Shown: positions 48,997 through 61,721 of the stretch, in pieces
Position numbering within the stretch: the stretch's first letter is position 1
How the letters are laid out: every line of letters begins with the position of its first letter
Assembly: GCF_031769215.1 (NCBI RefSeq)
Contig: NW_026781864.1
Coordinates: 310,001 to 374,000, forward strand
Direction: 5' to 3'
DNA: 64,000 bases
DNA from: Ylistrum balloti
Taxonomy: Eukaryota
Program-made: the position numbers and the translations under genes
The notes under the pieces: generated by a model
What the model was told of the DNA's origin: nothing
The model's database searches: none
What the model saw: the letters and a program-made list of their open reading frames with translations, nothing else

Positions 48997-49095
48997 TCGT
49001 ACAGCTGTAAGCCTTCCTCTTGCCTCCAATACAGAGACATCTCGGCCACGTATTGATTTTGCCTGTTTCCTGATTGATGTAACCAATAAAGAAAG
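48997..49095 (+). CDS. CENPM: CENP-M exon 3 (RTAVSLPLASNTETSRPRIDFACFLIDVTNKE)
   Basis: Acceptor TTTTTTCAG| and donor AAG|GTATGT; 99 nt, phase 2-2. SLPL..RPRID matches human SLPLPSSVNRPRIDLIVF. Confidence 0.95.
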
Positions 49096-49721
49096 GTATG
49101 TTATATAGGGTTAATACATTAAAAAAACATCTTTGTAAGAGACATCTTTTATCCTATATGTATAGTGACTACCTCCATAAATATAGCATTTACCTATGTA
49201 GCGTATGATGATGTTGCCATATTGCAAAGTTTTTGTCGCTGAAAATTTTGAAAATTTCTTGAGAACAAATTTTGAAATCACCTTACTATATGAATCTTAA
49301 AGTCACTATAAAAGAAATATATTTCTTTAATCCCCTTCAAGTATTATCCACGGCTAAGCATGAGGAAGAGAGATGCCTCAAATCTTACCCCAGTGTTACC
49401 AATGACAGACTATGGAAAAAGACATTGAATCTTTCTCCCCCTTGTATGGATTCTTAAGTGACCTATCAGTATTACTAAAATGAATTTGAGAGGTAAAAGT
49501 TCTTAAATCTCTCTCTATACCCCAGACTGTACATATATATATAAGGAAAATCGGGTTGCATGATAGCTCCTTTGAACAGTAAAGCATCTGGCTAGACTTT
49601 GCAGGCATAGATCCTTAAATATCCCTAAAAATATGGTTTAAAATTTTCAAAAATTTTATATTAGCTTGAAGGTAGTTTTTTCATCTAAGATGTATGTATG
49701 TGTGATATTGTTGAATTATTG

Positions 49722-50400
49722 ATCAAGAATATCAGTAAAACTAATGAATGCTCCCCAAAAATGGCTTTATTTTGGACACAAAATTTTAACAAAGGACATT
49801 AATTCTGTAATCAACAGATTGCAGGCCTGGAACTTGGTATACTACACATTGTCTTAATATGACCAATGTATAGTCCAAAGTTTCATGATCCTGGTTTTTA
49901 AGCAAACAAAGCTAATCTCATGACATAAAATGTTAACAAAGAGGAATAACTCTGTACTGAAGTGTCATGGGCCCTGACATTGCTACATTGTACCTTGTTT
50001 TTGTATGACTGATGTATACTAGCCTTTCAATAAATGCAGGCCAAGTAATTTTAACAAAGGGCAATAACTCTGTGATTAAGGGGTTGCAGGCCCTAATATT
50101 GGTACACTGCACATTGTCATGATCAATGTGTCCACCAAGTTTCATTATCCTTGTTTTAATGCAACCAATTTAAAGATTGGCCCTGGACAAACAATTTCAA
50201 CAAAGGGCAATAACACTGTAATTAAGGGGGTACTGGTCCTGAATTTGGCACACTGCATATCTCCTTAGTATGAACAATGTATACACCAAGTTTCTTGATC
50301 CTTGTTTAATTGTGGGCCAATGTATAATTCAGAAACGAAAGGATAGACGGACAAGGTGGCAACTATATGCTCCCCTCAAACATTTTCAGGCAGCATAATA
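49722..50400 (-). mobile_element. Second copy of the same HINE-like family, inverted relative to 47750-48680
   Basis: Starts CAAGAATATCAGTAAAACTAAT, the reverse of the first copy's end. Core repeats are reversed, and it ends CAACTATATGCTCCCC..GCATAATAA. Confidence 0.75.
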
Positions 50401-50687
50401 AAGTAAATGTTTAAATGAAATAAATTTTTCTAAAAGATTCTTATTCTACAAGATGCTTACCTGTAATGTGAAAAAATTTCTGTTCATTTCAATACCTTAT
50501 GATTAAGTAGGTTCAAGGTCACATAAAAAAACCGGTTATGTTTGAAAATATCTGACAGGAAAAAAAATGTTTACATTGTCATTTGTTTTAATATTGTAAG
50601 AGAGAGTGGGTGTTTATTTTAACTTTCTATACAACTTTACTAATTACTAACAAAGAAAAAAAAATTACATCAGCTCTTCTTTTTCAG

Positions 50688-50767
50688 TTTCAACAATATC
50701 GAAGAGTCATTAAAATACATTGATGGACGATATTTTCTGGGAAGAGCTTGCTTTGTAGCCCTGAAAG
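50688..50767 (+). CDS. CENPM: CENP-M exon 4 (FNNIEESLKYIDGRYFLGRACFVALK)
   Basis: Acceptor CTTCTTTTTCAG| and donor AAG|GTTTGC; 80 nt, phase 2-1. Matches human [24 protein letters not shown]. Confidence 0.95.
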
Positions 50768-50788
50768 GTTTGCTTGAACTTTTTTCTC

Positions 50789-51105
50789 ATTAGCTCATCA
50801 GGCCCAATGGGTCAAGTGAGCTTTGCTTTGGCGTGGCATCCATCCGGCATTAACTTTTTTCTTCAAACAACTTCTTCTCAATAACCAATTGACTATATGT
50901 TATGATATTTGGCTGGTATGCTCCTAAGATGAAACCCAACAAAGTTTGCGAAAAAAATGACCTTGACTCATATCAAAGGTCACAGGGATAAAATTTGTTG
51001 AATAAAATTTAACAAATTTTTCTCATGAACCGAAAGGCCGAGAGGCATGATATTTTACTGGTATATATACTAGGTGAGCACTGCAGGCCCATTTGGCCTC
51101 TTGTT
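50789..51105 (+). mobile_element. Short HINE-like element about 20 nt downstream of the exon-4 donor
   Basis: 5' hairpin AGCTCAT..AAGTGAGCT, 3' subterminal AGGTGAGCA and terminal CAGGCCCATTTGGCCTCTTGTT. Confidence 0.75.
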
Positions 51106-51854
51106 ATTAGCATAATCCTAATTTTAATGCAAATTAGATGAAAATGTGTTTGAAGCATAAAACTACATAAGCAGGTAAAAGTATTCTAGATTGAGAAGCT
51201 TCAGTATGTCTGATAGGGTTACATGGTATATTGAGACTTAAAAAGAAAGTTCTGTATATTTATCATGAACCTGAGAAAAAGAAATAAGATTACTTGAGTC
51301 AATTTAGTTTTAGTATTCACAGTAGATATATTATTTTGAGTTGTTAAGAGTTCATAAAGTTTCCACAGAGAGATATGTTAAGATGTATGATAAAAATTTT
51401 GGGAGCTTAGAGAAGTACAGTTATAGAAATTGTCTTCACAAGCATACATTGTATACATATCATAAAAGAAGACATTTTAAGGCCATCCTTTCTGGTAGAC
51501 TGATAAGTTTTGAAAGTATTAACAATGAAGATGCACTGAAATAGCTATACGTATTTGTCAAGTATGGAAGGTTGGAACTCCTTCGAGTTCATACTCATGC
51601 ACACTGCTTACCTCAATATGATTATTTTGGTAAACATTCCATTTCATTTCTAAGGGTTAAAAAGTTTGACATAAAAGCTTTTTAATTTAAGTACTCACAA
51701 AATTAAAGTTTACAATAGAAAGTGCTTGTGACATTATCAAAATACTGTGTTTGAAGTGCTGATGTTTTGTAATATCTACCTGGTATTTCACTTATGTCAT
51801 TTGCATGTTGTTATAAAATGTACAGGTAGCTAGTTTTACTTTTTCCTTTTCCAG

Positions 51855-51946
51855 TGAAAAACCACGCTTCCCGATGTGTTCACCTTGAGGTGCTGACCAG
51901 TCTGGCAGATTATTGTGGGGCCCCCATTTTGTATGGCGGTTTGGAG
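51855..51946 (+). CDS. CENPM: CENP-M exon 5 (KNHASRCVHLEVLTSLADYCGAPILYGGLE)
   Basis: Acceptor TTTTCCTTTTCCAG| and donor GAG|GTATGT; 92 nt, phase 1-0. Aligns with human [24 protein letters not shown]. Confidence 0.92.
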
Positions 51947-52287
51947 GTATGTGTTGTCTGACACTATACCATCCCTATGTAAACAAATACATCCTGAAAT
52001 AGTACTTAACTTGTTGTAAAATACTTGTAATAGGAACAAGTAATGATAATATGTTCTGTCCCCACTGCCACTTAAACGAGCAAACTCATGCTCTCTAGCT
52101 GACATGTGACCTCTGTTCTACTGAGAAACACACAAGTCCAGGCTAATAAGATGACCTTTACCCTCAACTTCTACATACTGGTAGTTCTTGAATTGGTAAC
52201 TAATCCTTAACTTCAATCAGATATCAAAAGAATATGAGTTTCCAAGGTTACAATGTGTTTTGGAATTTTTCACTGAATTATTTAAAG

Positions 52288-52872
52288 TGATTGGTAAGAA
52301 GTTAATATCCTAAACCATAACCTGTCAGAAGTTAATATCATAAACCATAACCTGTCCGAAGTTAATATCACAAACCATAACCTGTCAGAAGTTAATATCA
52401 CAAACCATAACCTGTCAGAAGTTAATATCACACACCATAACCTGTCCGAAGTTAATATCCTAAACCATAACCTGTCAGAAGTTAATATCACAAACCATAA
52501 CCTGTCAGAAGTTAATATCACAAACCATAACCTGTCAGAAGTTAATATCACAAACCATAACCTGTCAGAAGTTAATATCACAAACCATAACCTGTCAGAA
52601 GTTAATATCACAAACCATAACCTGTCAGAAGTTAATATCACACACCATAACCTGTCAGAAGTTAATATCACAAACCATAACCTGTCAGAAGTTAATATCA
52701 CACACCATAACCTGTCAGAAGTTAATATCACAAACCATAACCTGTCAGAAGTTAATATCACAAACCATAACCTGTCAGAAGTTAATATCATAAACCATAA
52801 CCTGTCAGAAGTTAATATCATAAACCATAACCTGTCAGAAGTTAATATCACAAACCATAACCTGTCAGAAGT
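52288..52872. repeat. 30-bp minisatellite, about 19 copies, in CENP-M intron 5
   Basis: GAAGTTAATATCACAAACCATAACCTGTCA repeated. Confidence 0.97.
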
Positions 52873-52952
52873 TTTTTATAGCATGTTAATGATCTCCGTA
52901 CGATTGAACAAGAACTTGGTGAAAACTTCAGATACCGAATATTTCTTTACAG

Positions 52953-53078
52953 ACAGATGCTGAGAGAATGACATTAGCCCGTCAGATTCTCACAATGACG
53001 GAGATCGCTGCAGGATTCAAGAAGAATATCTCACCAGGGGTGATAGAAGCTACAAAGGTTGCCTACAACCTGTTGTGA
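52953..53078 (+). CDS. CENPM: CENP-M exon 6 (TDAERMTLARQILTMTEIAAGFKKNISPGVIEATKVAYNLL*)
   Basis: Acceptor ATTTCTTTACAG|, phase 0, TGA at 53076-53078. The total CDS is 555 nt (184 aa), close to the approximately 180-aa vertebrate protein. Confidence 0.9.
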   Translation, partial: TDAERMTLARQILTMTEIAAGFKKNISPGVIEATKVAYNLL

Positions 53079-53374
53079 TAACTGTAGGATCCTGTGGATT
53101 ACAAGACTCTTAACTCTTTCTGACTATGACGTGTTTACGCGTTAATGTCAAGTTTTAAAAGCAGAAAGTTTTTTCTGCTTCTACCAAGTCTATACAGCAG
53201 AAGTGAAAAAAGCACAATAACATAGTTGAAACATTGATTATAAGTGATGCAAAGCTGAAGTACATTCAACTGACTTGCTGGATTCTGTATAAACTTGTCA
53301 AAACGTGTGGAAGGCTACAGATAATTTCGATTATGGAGAATATTGGTATTTTATCAATGATCATAATTGGGATG

Positions 53375-53598
53375 GAAAACATGTGCACACTCAAGTCTGG
53401 AAAACATGTGTACACTCAAGTCTGGAAAACATGTGCACACTCAAGTCTGGAAAACATGTGCACACTCAAGTCTGGAAAACGTGCACACTCAAGTCTGGAA
53501 AACATGTGTACACTCAAGTCTGGAAAACATGTGCACACTCAAGTCTGGAAAACATGTGCACACTCAAGTCTGGAAAACATGTGCACACTCAAGTCTGA
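53375..53598. repeat. 25-bp minisatellite, about 9 copies
   Basis: GAAAACATGTGCACACTCAAGTCTG repeated. Confidence 0.95.
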
Positions 53599-56500
53599 AG
53601 TGAAGTGTTTTTCAATTTATAAGAATTGTGTAATGCAACAGATACTGGAATAATTTATTGTATTAAATTTTTTATTGGATGCAGAATGGATAAATTAATC
53701 ATTAGATGTTGTGTTTGTTTATGTCTTGCCCTGCTCTGGAAAGTTGACTTCAACCTTTTCACTTTTAAAGTTTTTCCATATAGATTTGTTAATCAGAAGT
53801 AGAAAGTAAAACTTTAACCAAAGTAAACCTGTGATAATGTAGATCCTGATAGTAAGGAAAACTCATGATCCAGATGGAAAAATTTATGATTTTTAAAATG
53901 TTATTTATGCTCACTAGTCTGATCATTTAATTCTGCATCTGGAACTACTTTTGGGAAACCACATGGACATATTGACTGAGGTATCTGGATTATTGAGGTT
54001 TAATCTATACATTATTAGTTCCCATTAAACTTGTGATCTCACCAAGCATAGTTAGATTTTATAAGAGTTTACTTCATATTTTAAGACATTAAATATTACT
54101 GGGTATTTTAACATTGTTTGATTGTCACAGATGTATGCTCTTTATTTAACTTATCATCGTTTTAGTCGGGTAAGAAAAACAACAAAAACACATATTTCAT
54201 ACAGACACATTTAATTAAATATCACAAACAGAGAATGATAAAATTCTTACGTAAACGTTTAACTTGAGAGGGTGGGTCTACCTGTCTGTTGTATAGTAGA
54301 TGGGTTCTGTGTTTAAAGTTGTGGTTTTCTAAGAATAATAAAATTCTTACATCTGTAGGTCTGGTGGATTGAAGTTGGTTTCTGTGTGTAAAGTTGTGAC
54401 TTTTCAAGAATAATAAAACTCTTAGATCTATATAGGTCTGGTGGATGAAACATTTTGTTGTGAATTACCTTGTAGGTCAAGAGAGTGGATCTACAGGTCC
54501 GATGGATGGAAGATGGGTTTTTTGGGTACAGAGATAAATTTCTTAAATCAATCATAAATTGTAAAATAAATTAGGGTTTACAACACAAAGTAGATATCCA
54601 ACAATTTCTAACATGTTTGTACGGGTGAAATGTACATGCATCTCATGTTTCATTAATAGTAAATTTTATCATACAGTGTAAGTATTGTCATGAAAATTAA
54701 AATATTTGAACAAAATTATTTAAAACTGGGGAACTCAAGTCTAACTTACATAAATAAACACAGAGTTGAGAACAAAATTTGGATATCATGGTCAATATTA
54801 AGTCTTCAATACATAAAATAACTTGTTTTCTATGTAAAATAGACAATATACATCAATGGTATGTTTACAAGTTTTGGTAAATATATTTAACAATAGACAT
54901 GTATATAAAACCCATAAAAAAAAATCAAGGTTTACAAGCCATTGTAATAAATGCAATAAAAACATGATTGTACATCCTAACAACTTAATTTGCTATACAC
55001 TTACCCGTACTGGTGTTTAATAACACATATCTCATCCTGTCAAGGTCTTCCTTATATCCTTATATCTATGAATGTGATTTCTTTTGTTTATTTTTTTTGT
55101 GTGTTTTATATATTTTACATATTTACTACACAACATTCACATTAACAGCACAGTCACGATCTTTAGTCTCAATATTTTGACTTCAGTTTTAATCCCTTAG
55201 CGCAAGTTCTAAAGGTCAGAGGTCATTCTGTATTAGCATACGAAAGATCAGATGTAACTAGCACGACGTGAATAATTTGTTATTCTGAATGCTTAATGTT
55301 GCAATACATATTGCACACTGAGAATGAAAATGTTAATATAATGTTCAACTGACAGCAGACCACAATAATGTATGAGGCAACTGTTGCACAGAGTGGAAGC
55401 ATTCGTTGATTTCAAAGGTCAGATGAATCAGAGATCACCATGGCAGTGTGAAGGTCATAGATCACCATAACAAAGTTAAGGTCATAGGTCACCATGGTAG
55501 AATATAGGTCAGAGATATCTTTGGCAGAAAAAGATCTGACAACAAGTAAGTACCTAGCATAGCATGCACCAGTATGTTAGAATTAAGTAAACCAAACAAG
55601 AAAGTACACATGTATAGAAAAAGGGTGGAAATTGAGCCAACAGTGCAAACAGACTGAACACAGGCATTCAAAGTCAGAGGTCATTACAATAGACAAGGAA
55701 ATATAAAGAATGAGGTCATTTAAAAAATAAAAAAAAGTCTAAAGCACTGAACAATGATAAAGGTCAAGGGTCATTATAACAGACAGGCGAATGTGACTTC
55801 AGTAAACACAGCAGACAGCGGCAGTCGTAAAGGACATGATAAAGGTCAAGGGTCATTATAACAGACAGTCGAATGTGACTTAAGTAAACACAGCAGACAG
55901 CGGCAGCCGTAAAGGACATCATAAAGGTCAAGGGTCATTATAGCTAACAGTTGACTGATATAAGTAAAGATAGCAGACAGTGCCAGTCTTGGAGGTCATG
56001 ATAAGAGTCAAGGGTCACAACATCAAACAGTTAGATAATCATAATGTAGTAGCCTTAGGGGATCTCAGAGGTTAATGTTAAAAGTCAAAGGTCACTTAAA
56101 TGTTTAAAAGGTCCATTGTTAGAAGACTTGCCACAGGTTTTCTAAATAATCAGCAACTGTAAAAATCACTAAGATCAATTGAATTTTGTCAAAGGTCAAA
56201 GGTAACATATATAGAAGTCAAAGGTCATTAACAATATCTTGACACTCAGTAATGCCTTCCTAAACATGACTTTGTAATTAATGAATGAGATACATTTTAC
56301 ATCAACAACAATGTGACATTTTCTCTCAAAAGTGACTTTAAATCACACATGTAAATAAAGATGTATGCAGTGATACTTAATTTATTAAAGTTTATAAAGT
56401 TAAAATGAGGTAAATTGTGTTCCCTGAGTATTTATACAATAAAAATGTTCATATTTACAAATACAGACATACATGTATATTTAAATAATAAAGAGTAACG

Positions 56501-56769
56501 TAACAACTTTGCTTTTGTTGTAACAATCATTCATACACACAACCTAACAAACATAAGAGTATTAAGAATATCTGTCTTTGTTTAAAAAATATTATCACAT
56601 TCTTGAGAATAAATTATTTTTTTCAAAGAAATCAATAAAAAGCAACAATGTTCCTGACAACAAAAGTAGAAAATTGCTTTTGTGATGAAAAAAATATATA
56701 TTAACAGCATGGTTTCCATAATCTGATAGGTACCAACAGGTATGGCGCGTAAATTGAACCTACGGTAAT

Positions 56770-57375
56770 ACAATGTAAATAGTCATGGTAATATAATGTA
56801 AATACATCGTGTTAATACAATGTAAATACATCATGTTAATACATGTAAATACATCATGTTAATACAATGTAAATACATCATGGTAATACATGTAAATACA
56901 TCATGTTAATACAATGTAAATACATCATGGTAATACAATGTAAATACATCATGGTAATACGTTGTAAATACATCATGGTAATACAATGTAAATACATCAT
57001 GTTAATACAATGTAAATACATCATGTTAATACAATGTAAATACATCATGGTAATACAATGTAAATACATCATGGTAATACAATGTAAATACATCATGGTA
57101 ATACAATGTAAATACATCATGGTAATATAATATAAATACATCATGGTAATACAATGTAAATACGTCATGGTAGTCATGGTAATACAATGTAAATACATCG
57201 TGGTAATACAATGGAAATACATCATGGTAATACAATGTAAATAGTCATGGTAATATAATGAAAATACATCGTGGTAATACATTGTAAATACATCATGGTA
57301 ATACAATGTAAATACGTCATGGTAGTCATGGTAATACAATGTAAATACATCGTGGTAATACAATGTAAATACATC
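56770..57375. repeat. 24-bp AT-rich minisatellite
   Basis: CATCATGGTAATACAATGTAAATA repeated. Confidence 0.95.
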
Positions 57376-57533
57376 AATCTTCTAAGATTCAGTATATCAT
57401 AACAAATTAATCATAATAGAGGTAAAGGTTATAATGACAAAATTTCAGTGTGTTGCATACTACCTGTAAGCTTTATCATGTTACCTTAAAGAATTCAAAT
57501 TGATATGACCGATATTGTATTACATGAAAAAGG

Positions 57534-58507
57534 CAAGTGGCCCACAGGGCCTGTATCACTCATCTGGCAAAATTGATTACTCTTCACCCAAAAATGCTTC
57601 CGACCAAAATTTTTCATAATCCAACCATCCTTACATGAAGAGTAGGATTTGAAGAATTTGTTCTGTTTCCCCTGTTGGGCCCCATCCCATAGGACCGACT
57701 CACTGTTTATACAAATTTAATTCTCCTTCACACAACATTGCCTCAAACCAAATTTGGGGAAATTCCAACCATTCCTACGGAAGGAGTAGAATTTTAAAGA
57801 AATTGCTCTGCCACAAGGGGTCCAGACCAAATGATTTCCCTTCATCTAAAAATGCTTCAGGTTAAACCTGGGCAAAACCTAATAATTCCTACAGGAGGAG
57901 TAGGATTTTAAAGAATTTGTTGCTGTTTTCCCTATTTGGTCTCGCCCCTAATGCCCCAGAGCACCAAGACCCTCAATTTATGACAAACTGATTCCTCTTA
58001 ACCTTAGAATGCTCTTGGGCACCATCCCTGCCACCATGGTGTTGAAGACCCACTGTTTATACAAAATAAATTCCATTCACCTAAGAATGCTTCATACAAA
58101 CTTTGGACAAAATCCAATCATTCCTACAGGAGAAATAAGATTTTAAATAAATTGTCCTTTTTCCCCAATTGGGCCCCTGCCCCATGGGGCTGAGGTCCAC
58201 CATTTATACAAGATTGATTCCAGTTAATAAAAGAATGCATCAGTCCAAATTGGGTAAAATTCAAATCATTCTTACAGGAGAGGTAGGATTTTGAAGTTTC
58301 CCCTTTCGGGATCTACCCCTCATGACCCTGGATACAGAGACCCACCATATATACTTTCCCCGAGGATGCTTCTTACCAAATTTGGTCCAACTCCTGTAAG
58401 TGATTTAGGTTAGTAGCGATTTTTAGGAAAACAAAGCTGAGACAGGCGACTTATGCTGTGGTATGCCACAAGTCCACTTGGGCTTTAGGGCCAGTGATGC
58501 TAAAAAA
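57534..58507 (-). mobile_element. HINE/pearl-like element, minus orientation
   Basis: Begins CAAGTGGCCCACAGGGCC..ACTCATCTGG and ends CACTTGGGCTTTAGGGCCAGTGATGCTAAAAAA; same family as 42456-43370. Confidence 0.7.
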
Positions 58508-58722
58508 GTTATAATACTGCAATATTTTGTTTCCCTCCGTTTGAATTAAAAATATGTCAATCGAAAAGTCAAGTGCAATTCAATGAATGAGCACTTAAAA
58601 GACACACAAAAATTAATTTGTATTTGAGGATCACTCACAAGTTGTCAACCAAATTAAAGTTACAAACACTCTGGGCAACAGTATGGATTAAATCCTCGTT
58701 ACTAAATGTTCTCTATTGGTAA

Positions 58723-58785
58723 TCAGGAGATCTTGTCATCATCTTCAGACAGGAGGACTGCTATGTACTTCGAAATGAAAAAAAT
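58723..58785 (-). CDS. CDP-alcohol phosphatidyltransferase-family protein, last exon (IFFISKYIAVLLSEDDDKIS*)
   Basis: Minus acceptor TTTAATTGTAG|, phase 0, TGA at 58725-58723; in frame with exon 60128-59956. Confidence 0.8.
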   Translation of the reverse strand: MFFISKYIAVLLSEDDDKIS

Positions 58786-59955
58786 CTACAATTAAAAAAA
58801 AAATGGAATCATTTACAAATTAGAGAGCGCTTGTGGAAACACCTTTTATCTGATGCTTAATGGGAAATGGCTGCCTTTCCAGTTTGATTAGAATTGACAT
58901 CTTCTCTAATTTCAGTCACATCAATCACATTTTTTTTTTCAATTTTGTTAGCCCTTGGCATTTCCAGACTGTTGAAATGATAGTTGAAGTGTGGAATTTT
59001 CAAGTTTCAATGCATTGTTCTGTAAATAATGCTGTAAAGATGGAAATAAAAAGAAAACATGTTGTCATGTATCAGACATTATTTTCTTTTATTATGAACT
59101 CCATAAATATACTCCATAAACATTCCAAGGGTTAACAAAAGCTGGCTCGGACCTCTTGGTAGTGTTACAGTACAGTCCAACACATCAGAGGTAATCACCC
59201 AGACAAGAATCCGTCCAATACATGTACACACAATAAAATACTGTAAACAATATTCAAGATATCACGTCACAATCATAATCACAAAACTAGAAAATGTCTG
59301 TAAGACATGAATGCCCCCGCCCCCCCCCCATGTGAAATAATAGTGAAAGGTCCGAATGAAGTTATTAGGTGGTATATACTGATTTGGGATGCGACGCGAC
59401 GGGACGCAACGGACAGACATGGGCATAAAAATAGAGTTTTATTGATTAAACACAAGTTTACCAAAGACTGGCGGTAGCTAGGGCTAACAACTTCCAGAGG
59501 TAGTCACTAATTACTGACTCTGAATATAGCTAACTGGAAAGGCAATTATCGTATGAACATTTCTCTCCATACCATTTAACTCTGAAAATAGGACTATAAC
59601 ATCTATGTCTGAAGGTTGTATTATAGATACAAACAGCATAAACATACAAATATTTTTTTTTCCCTTTAAAGTCTAATTTCACTGCATTTTATTTTTGTAG
59701 TTTGATTTAAAGCCACAAAAAACAACAGTTTCACACATCAAACATTTCATGTGATACGTTACATGAACAATATCATGTGTTTGTTATCAATTCGCAGCTG
59801 TGTGATAATATCTAGGACTACCTAGAGTTTAGACAAGACAGGTTTTAATGTGTATTTTAAAAAAAACGGGTTAAAATCAGTATAGAGATTTTCCCACCTC
59901 TTCAAGTGATAAAAATTGGACAAATTGCTAAATGATTGAATAAGTGCATGCATAC

Positions 59956-60128
59956 CTCCACTCTCAATGAAAGAAGTCTGCCACCAATCAGAAATAGTGT
60001 ACCAAAATGCTGAATCCATGGCGACAGTCCAAGGGAGATAACTATGACATCCTTCATGCAGCCATACAGCCAGATAGGAAGTACATGCAAGCCTGTTATA
60101 GCATAAGTCCCAAGTGGAGTTTTAAACC
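59956..60128 (-). CDS. CDP-alcohol phosphatidyltransferase-family protein exon (GFKTPLGTYAITGLHVLPIWLY...GGRLLSLRVE)
   Basis: Acceptor TTGACAG| and donor GAG|GTATGC; 173 nt, phase 1-0; hydrophobic, probably transmembrane segments. Confidence 0.85.
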
Positions 60129-60506
60129 CTGTCAACATGGTACAGAAATCATGCAGTTTTCTCAAGATATGTTCACTCACTCAATGATACTGAACTTCTC
60201 TGTTTGGTAAAACAGGACAGAATTCTGTGTAACTGATACATATAAAAACAAGCAACAAAAGTATTTTGAAAAAAAAAAACAGGAAAAATATACATTCCTG
60301 TCCCTGGAAGAGAACCTAGGCCTCTGACTGGCTCTACCAAAGAGGCATGCTCTGTTGGCTGACTGACAGAGATCATATTTAACAGTTTGTACAAGCCATA
60401 CCCACCTGCTCCTAATATACTATGCCCCCTGTTTTTCTTAAAGAGTTTCTAAATCTTAACCCAAGACTCTAAATACCACATCCCGAGGGATTTCATCGGA
60501 TGCCAG

Positions 60507-60629
60507 TGTGAAAGAACAGGATAAAAAAAATTCCTGCTAAGTGCATCGACAAGGAATCGTACCCCGGACTACCAAGTGATAATCAACTGGCCCTACCAAC
60601 TGAGGCCATAGAAACATACTCAGTCAGCT
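60507..60629 (-). mobile_element. tRNA-derived SINE-like element, the best-preserved copy
   Basis: Minus strand reads AGCTGACTGAG..TGGCCTCAGTTGGTAG (A box)..GGTACGATTCC (B box)..CAGGAATTTTT..TTCTTTCACA. Confidence 0.7.
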
Positions 60630-61334
60630 CCATTACTATGCAGTAATAAATCATAGCTCTATCTTATTGAAATGTATAGTGAGTTACTCCTCCATCAAAG
60701 TAAGGGATTATGTGATCCCACACATTTCTCCAAAGGATGCACAAAGCTAGAGAGATCAAGTGAATGAAATTCAGGCAAGATATTTATGTCAATTTTCCAA
60801 CAAGACAGAGAAGGATCTAGAATTTAGAATTCAAAGTATTTTTTTTTTTTTTTTGACTGATTTTTTCAAGTATGCATGGTATTCTATTGTTCAATGTCCT
60901 GTTAATAGCTATTGTTATTAAAAAGACATCATCACAGTGTTTGCAAAGTGAGTGCATATGTTTATGGGAGGCAGCAATATGTTGGTGTAAGCCTCCTTGT
61001 GATAGAGCAGAAATGACGCCAAAATGAAGTAAGCTATTCAGCCATATCATACTGACAAACCAAACCAGTGGTTACACTAACTTCAGATTAAATGAATTAT
61101 AAAGAATATCTAAAATCTAATAACATGAAGGAATTCTGGGAGGATGTGTGAATCATAGAGATAATATTTTTGAAATGCAATCTTTCATTTTTTCTTAACT
61201 TACATCAACGGTATGTTGACAGTTTACGATCACGACATCATTCTTGCGTTCAGTGACTTTCATGACAGGAACATGGAGTGGATTGTATGTATATATTTAC
61301 ATGTGGAAAAGAAGGACCTGTACTTTTAACATAC

Positions 61335-61455
61335 CATTCTCCATCACCTTCCGACATATCACTGGGAAATCTTTCTCTGGTATCCTCCAACTGGGCCCTC
61401 TACTGTGGGTAGCAACAAATGTCATCCATTCAATCACCATGACAAAGTAGCCCCA
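61335..61455 (-). CDS. CDP-alcohol phosphatidyltransferase-family protein exon (WGYFVMVIEWMTFVATHSRGPSWRIPEKDFPVICRKVMEN)
   Basis: Acceptor TTCACAG|TGG and donor ATG|GTATGT; 121 nt, phase 0-1, linking the flanking exons in frame. Confidence 0.85.
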
Positions 61456-61721
61456 CTGTGAATTATCAATCAGTACGAATTGTATAATTTCTTTTTCAAA
61501 ACCAAAATCATAATTCTTCATAAAATCTGCATGGAAAAGGACATGGGGTGTGAAGTGCATGAATTATTCAGACAATTTTTTTCATATTGCAAATCTCTGT
61601 TTTTTGTTTTGTTTTGTTTTTTTTTTTTTTATTTTCAAAAGGACCAGCTAGTGGGCAGGATGGGAGAAGATCCTGTGGTAAGATAAAAGAAAACAACCTG
61701 GAGAGGAAGAGAATCAACCGT

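Noticed and set aside
60007-60210. + strand 67-aa ORF
   Set aside because: It is the antisense shadow of the real minus-strand exon 60128-59956.
45050-60629. tRNA genes
   Set aside because: A and B boxes are present, but no complete cloverleaf or acceptor stem is evident. The shared non-tRNA flanks and tails indicate SINE-like repeats.
61198-61334. Alternative GTAAGT donor at 61203 on the minus strand
   Set aside because: Its use would include an in-frame stop at 61297. There is no supporting evidence beyond a hexamer that occurs by chance every few kb here.
61456-61560. Stronger-looking upstream acceptor at 61526 extending the minus exon (DFMKNYDFGF...)
   Set aside because: It is 71 nt from the 61455 acceptor and needs phase-1 entry, but the upstream 57-nt exon ends in phase 0. 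The extension would frameshift.
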